Assembly: GCF_037042905.1 (NCBI RefSeq)
Contig: NC_087252.1
Span: 12,092,001-12,156,000, forward strand
Direction of reading: 5' to 3'
Source of the DNA: Lytechinus pictus
Lineage: Eukaryota
DNA length: 64,000 bases
In this document: in pieces, positions 11,998-26,700 of the stretch
Layout of the letters: the number at the start of each line of letters is the position of its first letter
Position numbering within the stretch: position 1 is the stretch's first letter
The notes under the pieces: generated by a model
The model's input: only the letters and a program-made list of their open reading frames with translations
The model's database searches: none
Told to the model about the DNA's origin: nothing
Position numbers and translations under genes: made by a program

Positions 11998-14991
11998 TTA
12001 TTGTTTCATTACTGACATCGCCCCTCTCTGCTGACTTGATATGTTCAGAACCATGCTTTTATTCACGGACACCACAGTAGATGTTATATTAGGTTGAACT
12101 GCCTGACAGAGAAGACGTTTCCTATGATCAAACCTCGTCGGTATGATAGTGAGAATGCTTTCAGCATCATATCGATCAGCTGCATTCAATGAAGACTCCA
12201 GCGATGAATTATCTGTCAGTTTTCTTGATCCAATGTACCAATGGATGAGAGGAGCAGGGTATCCAATAAGAGCTCTACATGTTATGTTGGTCTCTGCACC
12301 TTCAAACATGTCACCTGGGATACATATTGTGACATCAACTGGCAGCCCTTCAAAAAATAAAAATAAAACAATTAGTCTTACATAAACTTTCAAGTAAACG
12401 ATGGAAGATTGTTTTAACAGAACCCGGACAAATTATTGGCGAATCGAACAAAATAAACGTTAAATCGTCAATAACAGCAATTAAGATTTCGTTTCATAAA
12501 GAACTACAGGGGAGAAACTACATTGCAATATACATTTCAGGTTTGCAAGTTATACTACATGAATTTTCATCGAATGATCATACTCTTTAAACAATTCTAC
12601 CGTGAACAATATTGACTGTTAGACTAAAATCATTGAGTGATAACAGCTCACCGTAAACAACTAGTTTTGCTGTCAGTATTTTAACAAAGAAGGCGTCGTC
12701 CATATACGAAGAACATACAATGTGCATTCCATGGTTCGTGGCATCTGGTCTTATGGTAATTGTACTTGCAGTGTCAAACAAAGTGTGGTCTAGAATACTC
12801 CTATTACTCGAAACATTTGCAAGGATCGGAGTACTCTTAAAGGCATCAACTATAAACCAAAATGATAGTTCAGTTGCTGGGAATGACCCGATGCTTTTAC
12901 AAGTGATTGAAGTCAGTGAATCTTCTTGAACGTATAGGACTGTTGATTGAGATTCGTTACCTCCAGTCGGAAAGAGCAGCACACTGGTTGGCAGAACTGT
13001 AAATATAGCATAATAGAAAAGAGGTATCAAACAGAGAGGGAGATACAACAAGAAAAGTATTGTATGTCAGGCTGGCAGGCCATTTGTGGAAGTGAATGAA
13101 GTCCTTTGAAAATAGACTGCTAATGAAATAAAAACAAATGATAGATAAATATAAATCATGTTCAATATCATATTACCATGATTCCTGCGAAATTATTTTT
13201 AGAAACAGCGGGTTCGTCTTACATTTGAACGGAGGTTTATTTTCCATAAATGGAATATTAAGAAACTCCGCAAAGACTGAAAATCTAAGATGTGTTAGGT
13301 TCATGATGACATCAAAACATGTATATGATTCCATGAATGATACATACCATGAACATTCAGACTAACTGAACGTCTAATATTTTTCTGTAGTTCTGGGTGT
13401 GATGCAATGCAGATAAGAATCTTTCCATGATCTTCTCTGGAGGGTGTAACTGTCAAAGTTTTTCGGGAGATGTAAGATCCGTCTCGAATGTCATCAGACT
13501 GATCCTGATGAACAACGGTCACGTCCTCTGGTATTAGCCATTCCAGTACTACAGCAGGCCTTGCCCTATTTGCACCACAGATGATGTTGTACGGCTCTCC
13601 AGAAGTTACACTTATATTGGCGTTGTTCGAGTATTGCCAGACGGATTGTGTATCAGACACGAAGACCCTTGATGGTGGAACTGGGGAAAAAGAAGGCAGG
13701 AGATAATTATTTAGATGTTAAACTCGAGTCAAACAGTTCTTCAAACTCTCTTGCTTCGATGATTACTTTAATTGGTTGCTCTCCTTGCAATCTTAATGAC
13801 CATCTAGTGTGTGTTTTACAATATCGTAAGTATAAATAAACTAATATTTTCTATAAGGCTAGGAAGGTCTAACAATTCAAGTCATTGATCCTAATAGCTA
13901 TCTTTAGTTAACTGAGGATAACTACGACTGCATTGCACCTGCATCGGAATGCCCTCTTGATTGGATGTCATTTTAGTTGAAAACAATGTGGTGCGGTTAG
14001 GGGTTATGCAATGGGTCATCAATACATGACACCACCACAATGTCTGACTCATTCATTATTGGCCTGGGGGTGGTGGCTTAACTTGCCCCTATGCTCAACT
14101 TACCCCTCCTTCCCCTACTTTCTTGGAATCACTGAGCGAGGCCTTTATCTATAAACAAAATTACACGTTCTTTTATTGACGCTGTCTTTCACATTTAATT
14201 TTGTTTCCCAAACAGCCTGAGACAATTTGAATAGAATGTCGCCCATGCCGTCCAATTTTTTCACTTTCTTACCTGGACTTAGTACTTGTATTGTCTCATC
14301 AGCCGACCATAATCCACTTTTGTTTAGAAAATCGCATGCGTATCTCCCATTGTCAACAGCCGTCAAATTGATTATTGTAAGCGATGTGCTGCGGTCGTCT
14401 CCCATTAACTTGTACTTTGTTGGATTAGGAATTGTAGTTGTACAGCTACTCGTAGAAGTGCACGATTCAGAAGCAACCTGGATGTCCTCGTGTCTCCACT
14501 GTACTGAGCGAGGATATGAAGAAGGTGAATAGCTGCATTCAATTGTAAAATCTTCTCCGATGACTGGTAGGGTCTGTTGTTGAAAAGAAATCGTAGTTGC
14601 AGATGGGAAGTCTGCAAAACAAATTATAAAAAAAAATCTTCATAATATGTAATTTCCACATTTAATAGTGAAAGCAAGAGGTATCATCATTTCGAAATGA
14701 GAATCCGTTTATAGCATTTGTATTATGTATTTAGTGGCAAGAAAATATCTGAATCAGCTTTAGAACATGCGGAATACGTTCCCACTATCCTTTTTTTAAG
14801 AACGGGGCAATCATCAGTACGTTTATGGAGTAAAACTTTATGCATTCCGTATTTCTCATCAATACTTATTTTTGCATTTTTTTTCGAAATTCTTGACAGA
14901 AAATGATGTTTTGGAACTTTATGAACAGGATATGCAACATACCTTTTCCGCACAAGAGAATGGTAAAGCAGAACTGTAAATAAGATGCCAT
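11998..14991 (-). CDS. G3: predicted secreted L-V-C2-C2-C2 IgSF protein, about 471 aa
   Basis: L 14943-14991 (MASYLQFCFTILLCGK), V 14273-14611, A 13348-13680, B 12652-12996, C 12347 to stop at 11998. All open; no D or FN3 exon before the next promoter. Confidence 0.85.
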
Positions 14992-16159
14992 TCCAGATAC
15001 GGTGATAGAATGCTCACATCCTTACGGTCATATTAACAAGAACTCGCTTAGCAATCGCAGTGTAATAGAATAAATACATGCATACTCCCAAGTTGTCCGA
15101 AACTGCATTGAAAAAAATTACACTATTGGCTATGAGGTCGTACACTTAAGTTCAGCCACGAAAATCGAAAGTAATCATGCTATACTCTACTTAGTTTCCA
15201 TTTGTTAACATGTATTGTGTAATTTATGGCTATCAGCTTGTCCATATCTAACCAACAGAGTGTGCAATTTAGTTTGCCCAAGGTTGAAAGTGAGACAAAA
15301 GGAGAGGAATCTTTAGTACTTTTCCAAATACATTAATTAATGCACAATATACTCAGTTAATTGAGTTTTTCTAAGAAGATAACAAACGGGAAGCGGATTC
15401 TGCTTATTTCCTTAAAAGTTAATGTGCGATCACTGTTACTTTTAAGTTATTAGTTTAAAATTAAAATTGGTTGTTGATATCGATAATTGACTGAATGATT
15501 ACACTTCTTTCTAAACTGATTTAACTTGCTAGTTTGAATTGTAAAATTTACTATTTACTCTCTCACAATTACCTTTTGAAAATAGTAAGGAAAGTACACA
15601 ACAGACAGGAAGATCTGAAAAATCTCAATTTATTGTCTTCACTCAATGGATGTTCGTCGAACGCTTTAACAGTTGTATTTTTTTCTACCAAAAAATTACA
15701 ATATATATGCCCTATACTGTATTTCCAATATTTTCAGTATCTTGAGATTTTGTTATTTGTCAACATTTGAATAAATTGTTTACGGGTAAGACGTTAAATA
15801 TTTTTAGAACCTTAATATTTTTTTTAACACGTCCTCAAGCACTATTGTATTTTATTAATTAATGATACAACAGGTTTGATGTTAATATTATTGTTCTTAT
15901 TATTTTAGCTACTTTATCAATCCAGCAATGTGAGAAATAAACAGGTTGATATCACATCACATAGACATATCATAGGATGCTGTTGAAATATAGAGACTTA
16001 ATTAAAATGTGAATACTGATGTTCTGATCCTAGGTACAGTGCTGCCATTTAATATTTTACGTTTAATAAGGTGCATTAGTTTCCTTGCATTGATGGTGAA
16101 TAATAATCACCTAAGTTCATGGGTCCTATTAAGTTATGGCTGCAATGCTAGGGGTAATT

Positions 16160-16520
16160 ATTCAATTTCAATTCAATTCAATTTATTTATTTTCTCATTC
16201 AATCTTTTTAACATTTAGAATGATAGTTCAATATACATTTTTTTAATATAACATTTAAATCAGTTTTTTTATAATACAATAATACAATGAAATCGACAGG
16301 GAATGAGACCAACTAAAAAGCAAGCTTGTAGGGTGAAGGGCCCCTTTTATAAGTACATTTTATGAATAAAAAATAAGAAAAAAAAAATAGAAATAAACAA
16401 CATATACATTATACATTATATATATATATATATATAATCAATCTGTATATTATACATTATTTATAAACAATAGGTATATTATAGATTATATATAAACAAT
16501 ATATATATTGTATATATATT
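16160..16520 (-). mobile_element. Duplicate of the 10820-11160 retroelement 3' fragment
   Basis: Same sequence in the second 5.4-kb unit. Confidence 0.5.
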
Positions 16521-17056
16521 ACGTAAAAGTCCCATGTTTGAGAGGGGGGGGGGGGATGGTAAATGTTTTATCAGCATGGTTAGTTTCTGTTACAATAGAA
16601 GAAAATTACTTTCATTAGCAGAGTGAAGAACATTTATACAACCTGATCCACTAAATAATTCATTTAGTATTACTTAGATATTTCAACATTTGTTTTAATT
16701 TGTCTACCCAGGTAAAAAAAAGAAAGTAACCTTTCCAATATAAATTGATTCTACGCAACGCCTTTTTCAATTATCTGACCCACCATCTAAGGGTATCTCT
16801 TCATATCCTAATCAAGATAATTAGTAATGAATAATATGGGTGTTTTAGTCATGAAGTCAAAATTTAGAGACTACGAAATAATAAATAAATAAAAAGGTAA
16901 AAATAAGCATTTTGATTTTTTTTCGAAAAGCTGTCACCCTTCATCATTATAAGAGTAAGATAGCCTGTATAACATTTACGAGGGTTTTTGTGTGTTGGGT
17001 TTCCTTTTTGGTGTTATTTTTTTTTTAGATTTTGCCATTTTCATATTTATTAAGTG

Positions 17057-17248
17057 CATAGCAGTACGCAGCGACACCCCCCCCCCCTCACGGAATTTTC
17101 AAAAGTGACACGTTTTTACTGACTCCAATTTTTACAATATTTACCAAAAGTATGCGCGAAATGCAAAAAAAAATGTCCCCATGACAAGCTTGGTAGCTTT
17201 GCTCGCTCAGTGACGACCTTCTTTGAACAAAATATGCGTATGGCCATG
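17057..17248. mobile_element. Same hAT-like MITE downstream of G4
   Basis: Duplicate of 11691-11885. Confidence 0.55.
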
Positions 17249-17379
17249 ATAAAGCGTTTTAAACATAGCGATGGGACATTGTTGATTTGAACTGTTGTCA
17301 TCCATTCACATTTCTTTGACGATTATTATTTCATTTACCCGTTTTGTTATTATTGAATTCTCTGAATATTCCACCAAAA

Positions 17380-20300
17380 TTATTGCTTCATTACTGACAT
17401 CGCCCGTCTCTGCTGACTTGATATGTTCAGAACCATGCTGTTCTTCACGGACACCACAGTAGATGTTATAGTAGGTTGAACTGCCTGGCAGAGAAGACGT
17501 TTCATATGATCAAACCTCGTCGGTATGAAAGTGAGAGTGCTTGCAGCATCATATCGATTAGCTGCATTCAATGAAGACTCCAGCGATGAATTATCTGTCA
17601 GGTTTCTTGATCCAACGTACCAATGGATGAGAGGAGCAGGATATCCATTAAGAGTTTTACACGTTATGTTGGTCTCTGCACCTTCAAACATGTCACATGG
17701 GATAGATATTGTGACATCAACTGGCAGCCCTTCAAAAAAACACAAAACAATTAGTCTTACATAAACTTCCAAGTAAACGATGGAAGATGGTTTTTAACAG
17801 AACCCGGACAATTTATTGGCGAATCGAACAAAATAAACGTTAAATCGTCAATTCGTCAATAACAGCAATAAAAAAATCGTTTCATTAAGAATGACAGGGG
17901 AGAAACTACATTGCAATATATTTAAGTTTTGTAAGAAATTATACTACATGAATTTCCATCGAATGATCGTATCATTAAATCAGTTCTACCGTAAACAATA
18001 TTGATTTTTGGTCTAAAATCGTTTGGGGATAACAACTCACCGTACACAATTAATCTAGCTGTCAGTATTTCAACAAAGAACACGTCCTCCATATAAGAGG
18101 AACATACAATGTGCATTCCATGTTTCGTGGCATCTGGTCTTATGGTAATGGTACTTTCAGTGTCAAACAAAATGTCGTCTAAAATACTCCTATTACTCGA
18201 GACATTTGCAATGATCGGAGTCCTCTCAAAGGCATCAACTATAAGCCAAAATGATAGTTCAGTTGCTGGAAATGACCCGATGCTTTTACAAGTGATTGAA
18301 GTCGGTGAATCTTCTTGAACGTATATGACTATTGATTGAGACTGGTTACCTCCAGTCGGAAAGAGCAGCACACTGGCCGGCAGAACTGTAAATATGGCAA
18401 GATATAAAAGAAGAGGAACAGAAAGAGGAATATATAAAGAAGGAAGTATTGAATGTTAGACGAACATGCCCTTTTGTGAAAAGCGGTTTTGCAATTGATT
18501 GATATATAAATAAATGAGAAATAAATAGAAATTGTGTACAATATCATATCACCATGATTATTGCAAAATGATGTTTAGAAACAGCCTGTTCGTCTTACAT
18601 TTAAACGGACTCGGGGACTATATAGAAAATGGATCTGAAATGCACGTAATATTGCAGCATTATTGGTTCAATTATTAGGTTATTTTCCATAAATGGAATA
18701 TTAAGAAACAAGGACCAAAAATCTAGGATTTTTTAGGCTCATGATGACATCAATACATGTAAATGTATATGATTCCATGAATGTTACATACCATGAACAT
18801 TCAGACTAATTGATCGTCTAATATTTTTCTGCTGTTCTGGGTGTGATGTAATGCAGCTAAGAATCTTTCCGTGATCGTTCCTGGACGGTGTGATTATCAA
18901 AGTTCTCCGGGAGATGTAAGATCCGTCTTGGATGACATCCGACTGATTGTGATGAACAGCTGACAAGCCCTTAGTTGTCACCCATTGCAGTACCACAGGA
19001 GGCCTTGCCCGAGATGCTTCACATGTGATGGCAAACGGCTCTCCAGCAGTTACACTTATATTGGTGTAGTCCAAGTATTGCCAGCCCGATTGCGTATCAG
19101 TCATAACGACCCTTGATGGTGACACTAAAGTAAAAAATGGGTATATTTAAAACGCATGTCCAACAAGTCTTCTCACTTTGCTATTCATATGCTTCGATGA
19201 TTAATATAATTGACTGGGGTTTTTTTGCAATTTTTATGACGTTCTTTATACAGCATCGTATAACATACTGATAACTTCACACTTTCCTTTGAGGTAAGGG
19301 AGATCAAACAGTTCAACGCATAGATCCCAATTGCTATCTCAAGTAGATTGTGACGAACTACTAGATGTACTGGATTGCACTGGCGCTGTCCATGGCATGG
19401 ACAGAGGTAATGCCACGAGAATACACTCTTGACTGGGCTTCATGAAAACTATGCACTTTTGAAAAATATCAATGGCATTTTTTGTTTTTGTTTTATTTAT
19501 ACTAAACATTGTTTTCCAGAGACAGGAATTATTTTATTATACAGAGTGAAGTTTATTTCGTTTTCAAAATAGTCGTGTATCTTTTTAATTAAGTATGGCT
19601 GATCTGAGAATTTTAATTAGAAACACACTGCTCAACAGGAATGTGTAACGATAGACAGTCGTATAAAAATAAACGTGTTATAACTAGCAAATAGGAATCA
19701 GCGCCATTGCACATGTATGAAATGACGGTAGTAAGATGGGGATTTTGGGTTGGCTGTTGCACTTAATTTTCCGCATAGAAATACACTGCATGTATTATCA
19801 TCCACGGTGATGAATGTCTTGTAAGAAGGATTTTTAAAGTAAGCGGGACTATGATTTTGATATTTTTTTTAATTGGTAAGGAAATATAAAACATTCAGAG
19901 ATGTTGGTAGAAATCACGTTTTTATTTCATCTCATGTCTTTTTTGTTTTTAAGCGTTTCAGAATGGTAGGTGATTTATCAATGAACGAAAATAAATAGAA
20001 CTATCTTATATTTTCCATCACAAGATTGCAAAATTTATTGAGTGTGTAACCTTTTGACTTTGAATTAAATTTCATAGTATGATCTTTCATTTAGGTTGTC
20101 TTTTTATGTTCTTTCATCTTTTATTAACCCGATCTAAGTAACATTGAATTGAATGTCGCTTACATGTTTTACACTCCCCTTTGTTCTTACCTGGATATAG
20201 TACTTCCAGTATTTCATTCGCTGAACGTTGTCCATCAAGGTAAACTACATTGCATGTGTATCTCCCATTGTCACCAGTAGTCAAATTGACTATTGTAAGC

Positions 20301-21255
20301 GATGTGCTGCGGCTATCTCCCATTAACTTGTATTTTTTAAGATTGGGAATTTTAGATGTACAGCTACTCGCAGAAGTGCACGATTCATAAGCAACCTGGC
20401 TGCCCCCGTGTGTCCAATGTACCGTACGATCATACGTAGGAGGCGAATAGATGCACGTCATCGTAAAATCTTCTCCTTTGACGGGTAGGGTCTGCCTCGG
20501 TTGAAAAGAAAGCGTGGCTGTAGACATGGTAGACCGGGAGCCTGTAAATGGATTGGGTGGAATATTTTCAATTATTGGTAATAACAGATGGATTACTAAT
20601 TCATAGTATACTTTCAAAGACGGGTATCAATTCTAGACTATCAAGAGGTGCAAAGTACCACCCTTCATGATACTTAACCCAAAAGGATGCAAAATTGCAC
20701 TTTTTCGAGTTTTGCTGCAGATTTATTTAATCATTTCTTGTTTGTTTTACCTTTATACAGATAAACAAATTCGATAATAATGACCACAATCTAAGAGCTG
20801 GTCTACATTCGGGCACTTTCAATTATATCATACATAAATTATTATATTGATTATATACATGTACGTGTACATTTCACCTATTGCTGAATCCACCCTTTGT
20901 GAACATAATATATATTTGTATGGATTTAGTGCAGTTCATACGTCATATATAGATGCATAGGCCTATTATGCGCATTCTCAGACGAAATAAAACAATGCAA
21001 TTAAAAATGAAAGAAAGCTATTTTATGATGGAAAAATTAATACTTACAGACAGTATTGGGCCATACCATCACTTCAAATTGTCTTACAGGATCATGGATG
21101 ACTTCCTCGTGTAATATTATTTATTATATTCATAGTCTTTATTTTCTATAAAGAGAAATGCTACAAGCCAATATGTATGGATTTAAATCTTTTAAATTCG
21201 ACTTACCATTACCAAGGAATAGAAGAACAAACAAGCACCAAATATGGTAAGCCAT
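17380..21255 (-). CDS. G4: predicted secreted L-V-C2-C2-C2 IgSF protein, about 475 aa
   Basis: L 21207-21255 (MAYHIWCLFVLLFLGN), V 20191-20541, A 18792-19124, B 18041-18385, C 17729 to stop at 17380. Confidence 0.85.
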
Positions 21256-21476
21256 TTGAGATCAGGGTGATACTAACCAATCTAAAAGCCTAGTAATAAA
21301 GAAACATTCGATATCAAGAGAGTTGCAGTTTGTGATACAAATTTCGTTTCTAGAAGACATCATCGATGAGTCCCAAACACATTGAAGGAAAATGATGAGA
21401 ATTTGTTCGATTACTTTCAGTCGCCCATGCCGTTAAAAACATTACAACAGTACGACTGAATGTCTTGTCAATGGTC

Positions 21477-21488
21477 GAAAATGAAAGT
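21477..21488 (+). promoter_or_regulatory. IRF-E/ISRE-like element upstream of G4
   Basis: GAAAATGAAAGT; also at 32635 (G6), 42009 (orphan promoter), 54564 (G9); variant GAAACTGAAAAT at 27345 (G5) and 48988 (G8). Confidence 0.55.
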
Positions 21489-21865
21489 ACGATGTTTTGT
21501 CTATAGATTATATTGACTGTATTGCTGCATTTCAATGATCTAGCGATAGAGTGTGCTCTTTCCCCTATCACAATTGAGGTTGAGCTTTGAGGATTGCGTG
21601 CAGAAAAATGTCACGACACGAATCTTAGGGATGGGCTCCAATACACAATAAATCCGAGATACTTCAGAGAACATGTTTCGAAAGCATATTGATCCTCATC
21701 AACACCATTAACATGCCACTGTAGCCAATCGGCGTAAAATAATACACAAAAACTCTTATAGAGCTACAACCAATCTGAGACATTCGGACTTAAAGTACTG
21801 CTAATCAACCAAACTTCGAAATGACTTATGACACCACTTGTCTTTTGACTTAAGAACTTATACAT

Positions 21866-21890
21866 TGACGTCATGTAGCGCCGCCATCTT
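21866..21890 (+). promoter_or_regulatory. CRE (TGACGTCA) plus YY1-like (CCGCCATCTT) module upstream of G4
   Basis: Variants at 27783 (perfect CRE), about 32815, 42462-42486, about 49737, 54754-54763. Confidence 0.4.
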
Positions 21891-23785
21891 AGAGGCTGAT
21901 GAATTTGCTTTACATGCATTGTTGCTCTGCAGCTGGCCATCTTTGACAACTCCGTTTACGTGTATTCCTCATTATCCTCTGAGGGAGGGAGCTATGATAC
22001 TTTGACGTAAAATACATGTACATAACATCTATTTCAACGATGCGACATGATCACACATCTTCCCCGATAACCCTATCTACAAAAGTAACACTCCTATAAA
22101 ACTTGTGTGAAATCATTTTTTAAGTTTGTGACCCAAGGTTATTTGTCAAAAATATTCATAGGAATCCGCTTTCAAAGTCCGAAGTACATAATTGCTACAC
22201 ATTGAAATGATGTTTATTCATTTAACTTCTATTTCATTAAATAAAAGTTCAAATTAATATATACGTCCAGTCCACATCTAAAATATACCCAAGGGATCTA
22301 ATTTGATTTTTTTAAATATATTATCACTAAGTGCTTTTCCTAAGTTTCCCGAAATTGCATCACATTAATCAAAAATGCTTTGTATCAAACTCTTATAAAA
22401 TACCGGTGCTGTTGTTTACTTATGAATCCCTTGAATAGGTACTGTTTAGTGACGTCTTGTTTGTTTTGTCTACGCTTGTTACAGTACCTAGGAATATGAT
22501 TTTAATTCCTAGGTATTTCATTTGAGTTACTCTTTTGTTTACATTAGGGCCAGTAAAAACATTGGGTACTTCTATCTGTTTTAACAATCCGATGCCTACT
22601 CCGAACCCCCTTTTATCTATATTAAACGTGAGTCTATTCTTCGCTAGCAATTTCTAAACTGTAGCAAGATCATCATTTAGATTATTAACATGGGTGTTTA
22701 CTTTATTATTTTCTATTTATATTTTGATAACGGTACTTACAACGTTTCGGTTTTTTTGTTAACACATTCTCACATTCTCCTGCATTTGCATCATAGAGCT
22801 TGAGTCTTTCATAACCCTGCTACTGCACGACATTATTAATAAAAATGATAAAACAGGCTTTTAATATTCTTGTCATTTTTTTTATATTAATTATCAATTC
22901 AGCAGTATGAGAAACATAAGGAGTAATATCACATCACATGGACATAAACAATTGTTAAAATAAAGAGAGTACAATTGTATTATGAACGCTGATATGCTGA
23001 CCCTGGTTACAGACCCGACATTTAATGTTTTACATGGAATTTCGAATAAGATGCATAAGGTTCACCGTATAGATGGTGAATAATTCATAGAAGTAGTATA
23101 CTTCATATTAATTGGTAGGGGTACTTACTAATAGCAAAAAATCTCATGTTCGATTGGAAAGAAATTTTAAACATTTTACCACCATGATAAGTTTCTGAGC
23201 GAATAGAAAAAAACACAACCTGAAAAATCAAATAATTGAAATAATGATACGTCGAAAGTTCAGGATTTTGTCTACACATGTACAAAAAACATATGAACCG
23301 TTTGAATACATTTTAATTTTGCATGTCAGGCATTTTTTTCTGTAAAATGTTCTGACCTAGAGGGCAGAGCCTAAAGGTATCTCTTCACGTCGTTATTAAC
23401 GTTATTATTAAAAATTAACTACGAAACAATAAATGAATAATAGGTAAAAACTTTTGACATATCGAACAATTTTTCCCAAAGCACCCTTTCAATATGATAA
23501 TAAGGCTCCCTGTGTAACGATAGCGATTATGTTTACTATATTCAGAACTGTACGCAGAAGTGAAAGCAGTCCCCCCCCCCCAAGAAATTTAGAAAACCTA
23601 TATTTTCTTAATGACCTGTTATCTTTTTTAATCCACCAAAACTATGCACAAAATTCATCAGTTTCACTCTTAAAAGTGTCAAAACATTCCCAAGACAGGT
23701 TGCCTCATCCCCTCTTTCAAATTTTTGAGGAAAAAAAAAATTATACGTCTTGCCCCTCTCCCTGGAAAAAATAAAATAACATCAT

Positions 23786-26700
23786 TTACAGCCACGATGC
23801 ACCGTGCCTTAAGAATGGCGATGAGGCATAGCTGATTGGAACTGTTATATTCCATTCAGATTGTTGATATTTTTTTTCATTCATCCGTTTCTGTAATTCC
23901 TTAATAATCTGCCATAAATAGTTTGTCATTACTGCCAATGGCCTCCTAAGCTCGCATGTGTTATTAATGGACCGCACAGTGGATAACATAGGTTGAACTG
24001 TCTGAGAGAAAATACGTTTCCTATGATTTAAATTATTTTGTATGAAGATCAGAGTGCTTACAACATCATATCGTTCAGCGCTGTTGACTGAGATCTTAAG
24101 AGATGAGCTATTCGTGACATTTCTTGATCCGATATACCAATTTAGTAGCGGAGCCGGGTACCCGTTACGAGCTCTACAGGTTACGTTAGTCTCTCTGCCT
24201 TCGAGCATATCACCTGGGACAGTCATTACTACTTCGTCTTGTAGCCCTTCATAGAAACATAAAACTATTTTTAAAAATTAAATCTTTCAGCTAAACAAAA
24301 AAAGCATGGTTTTTAACAGAACCCGGACAGTTTATTGGGGAATCGAATGATTTATCGTTTAATCATCAATAACAACAATGATGATCATTCGTTTCAGTAA
24401 GGCATTGGAGGAAACAACTACCTTGCAATTCTCGTCAGGCTCGTCAAATTATACTACATGAATTTTCATAGAATAGTCATACTATTTTATTAATTTTATT
24501 TTTCAAATATTATTAAGTGTTTCTAAAATCATTATGGGATAACAACTCACCGTTAACAATTAGTCTCACTGCTACCATTTTAACAAATAAGGCATCGTCT
24601 ATATCGGAGGAACACAGAATGTGCATTCCATGGTTCGTCGCATCTGGCCGTATGGTTATGGTACTTTCAGTGTCAAATAAAGTGTCGTCTAAAACACTCC
24701 TATTACTTGATACATTTGCACGGATCAAAGTCCTGTCAAGGTCGCCAACTAACCAAAATGATAGTGCGGTCGCTGGGAATGACCCGATGCTTTTACAAGT
24801 GATTGAAGTCGGTGAATCTTCTTGAACGTATAGGACTGTTGAGTGTGACTGGTTACCTCCAGTTGGAAAGAGAAGCACACTGGTTGGCAGAACTGGTGAG
24901 GGAAAGAGGGAGAAAAATAGAAAGAAGTTTTGTATGATATGCAACAGGCCCTTTTTTGGAAAGCAGTTTAGAAACTTTATGATACCCTGGTAATAAAAAA
25001 AAATCAGAAGATTATATGCATGTATAGTCAATGAATGTACTCAGTATCACAGATCTGCTAAATGATGCTTATTCAAACTATTTTGGATTGAAAATGTATT
25101 ACAAAAAACAGCAAGTACTGCCAATCTAGGGATGACAACATCATGTGTATGTATGAAAGTTTTCCCATGAAAAATACATACCATGAACATTTAGAGTAAC
25201 TAAGTATCTAATAGTCCTTTGTAGATCTTGGTGTGATACGATGCAGCTGATGATCTTTCCGTGATCATTTCTGGTGGGTGTGATTGTCAAAGATTTCCGG
25301 GATGTGTAATATCCGTCTTGAATGTCATCAGACTGATCCTGATTAACAACGGTCACATCATCTGGTATTAACCATTGCAGAACAGCAGGAGGCCTTGCCC
25401 TATTTACCCCACAGGTGATGTTATACGGATCTCCAGCAGTTATACTTATGTTAGCGTAGTTCAAGTATTGCCAGCCCGATTGGGTATCAGACACAAAGAC
25501 CCTTGCAGGTGGAACTGGATCAAAAAATGCATTTTTATTCAGGATTAAAATCCAAGTGTAACAGTTCTTCTAACTTTCCTATTTTTACATGTCTCATGCT
25601 TCAGTTTTTAATATCATTGATTGGTTTTCTTACAATCTTAATTAGCTTCCTTTGCGTGTCTTTTACAGTATAACTTACGAAATGTCTTTGATTCTAGGAA
25701 CATCTAACAGTTCATTGAATAGATCCCAATATCTATCTTCAGTTGAGAGTGAATATCTACGACGACATTGTTCAAGTGCTGTCCTTGACATGGGCAGTAG
25801 TAAAGCTACAAGAATGCCCTTTTGAATGGCCTTTATCACAAACTTTGTGTATCATTGAAGAATGTCAGTGGCATTGTGAACAGCACTGCAATATTCGATT
25901 TCTGTCATGTTCTATTTTCTCCCAGAAACATCAATAATTCTATTATAGAGAGTAAATGTTACTTATATGTAGAAATAGAATGGTGTGTCTTAATATTTCA
26001 TGTAAAGCTTATCTGTGATTTTTCATAAATAAACCAACCTCTCAACAGGGATGTATATCCAACGATAACAATAATTTAAACGTGTGTATAACCTTATTAT
26101 TACAAACAGTTATGAAGCATGGCCATTGCATGAAATGACATTCGGGAGATGGGGGTGATGGGTTCATGTAGCAATAAACTGTGTGGATAAGAATAGAAAT
26201 ACACTAAAATCTACATTGATGAGAAACGTATAATCAGAGCAATCCTGAAAGTGTGCAGGAATTTGATTTCGAAATTTCTTTTTATTTGGTAATGAAAGAT
26301 ATGGCTTTCCACCTTCGTTATTACCTTGATTTAGTGCTTCCAATTGTTCATTCGCTGAACGTTGTCCATCTAGGTTAAAAACACCGCATGTGTATCTCCC
26401 ATTGTCACCAGTGGTCAAATTGATTATTGTAAGAGATGTGCTGTGGTCATCTCCCAATATCTTGTAATTTGTAGGATTAGGAACAGAAGTTGTACAGCTA
26501 CTCATAGAAGTGCACAATTCATAAGCTACCTGGATGCCATCGTGTCTCCAATGTACTGAACGAACATTTGAAGGTGGTGAATATATGCACTTCATCGTAA
26601 AATCTTCTCCTTTGACGGGTAGGGACTGCCTTGATTGGAAAGAAATCGTGGGCGTAGAGACGGTAGAGTGGGAGCCTGTAAATGGATTGGGTTGAAATAT

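Larger units (their letters stand above)
8761..13420. repeat. About 5.4-kb tandem duplication unit, copy 1 (V2-L2-intergenic-C3-B3-3' end of A3)
   Basis: Collinear with about 14139-18865; homology starts at aggcctttatc (8761 vs 14139). Confidence 0.85.
14139..18865. repeat. About 5.4-kb tandem duplication unit, copy 2
   Basis: Collinear with 8761-13420, including shared LINE-tail and MITE insertions. Confidence 0.85.

Noticed and set aside
12143..12929. Recurrent plus-strand ORFs (e.g. 12143, 12720, 17525, 18109, 24042, 24517, 44636, 45432, 50822)
   Set aside because: Antisense shadows of conserved minus-strand Ig exons.
14085..14120. Possible pogo/Tc1-like terminal sequence near the 5.4-kb duplication breakpoint
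   Set aside because: Only one putative end seen; no partner TIR or TSD identified.
23975..23981. CACAGTG heptamers (also 40835, 44569, 50779) as V(D)J recombination signals
   Set aside because: Three lie inside C-exon coding sequence; none flanks a V exon end and no nonamer at 12/23 bp was seen. V exons are complete, with their own G strand and splice donor.
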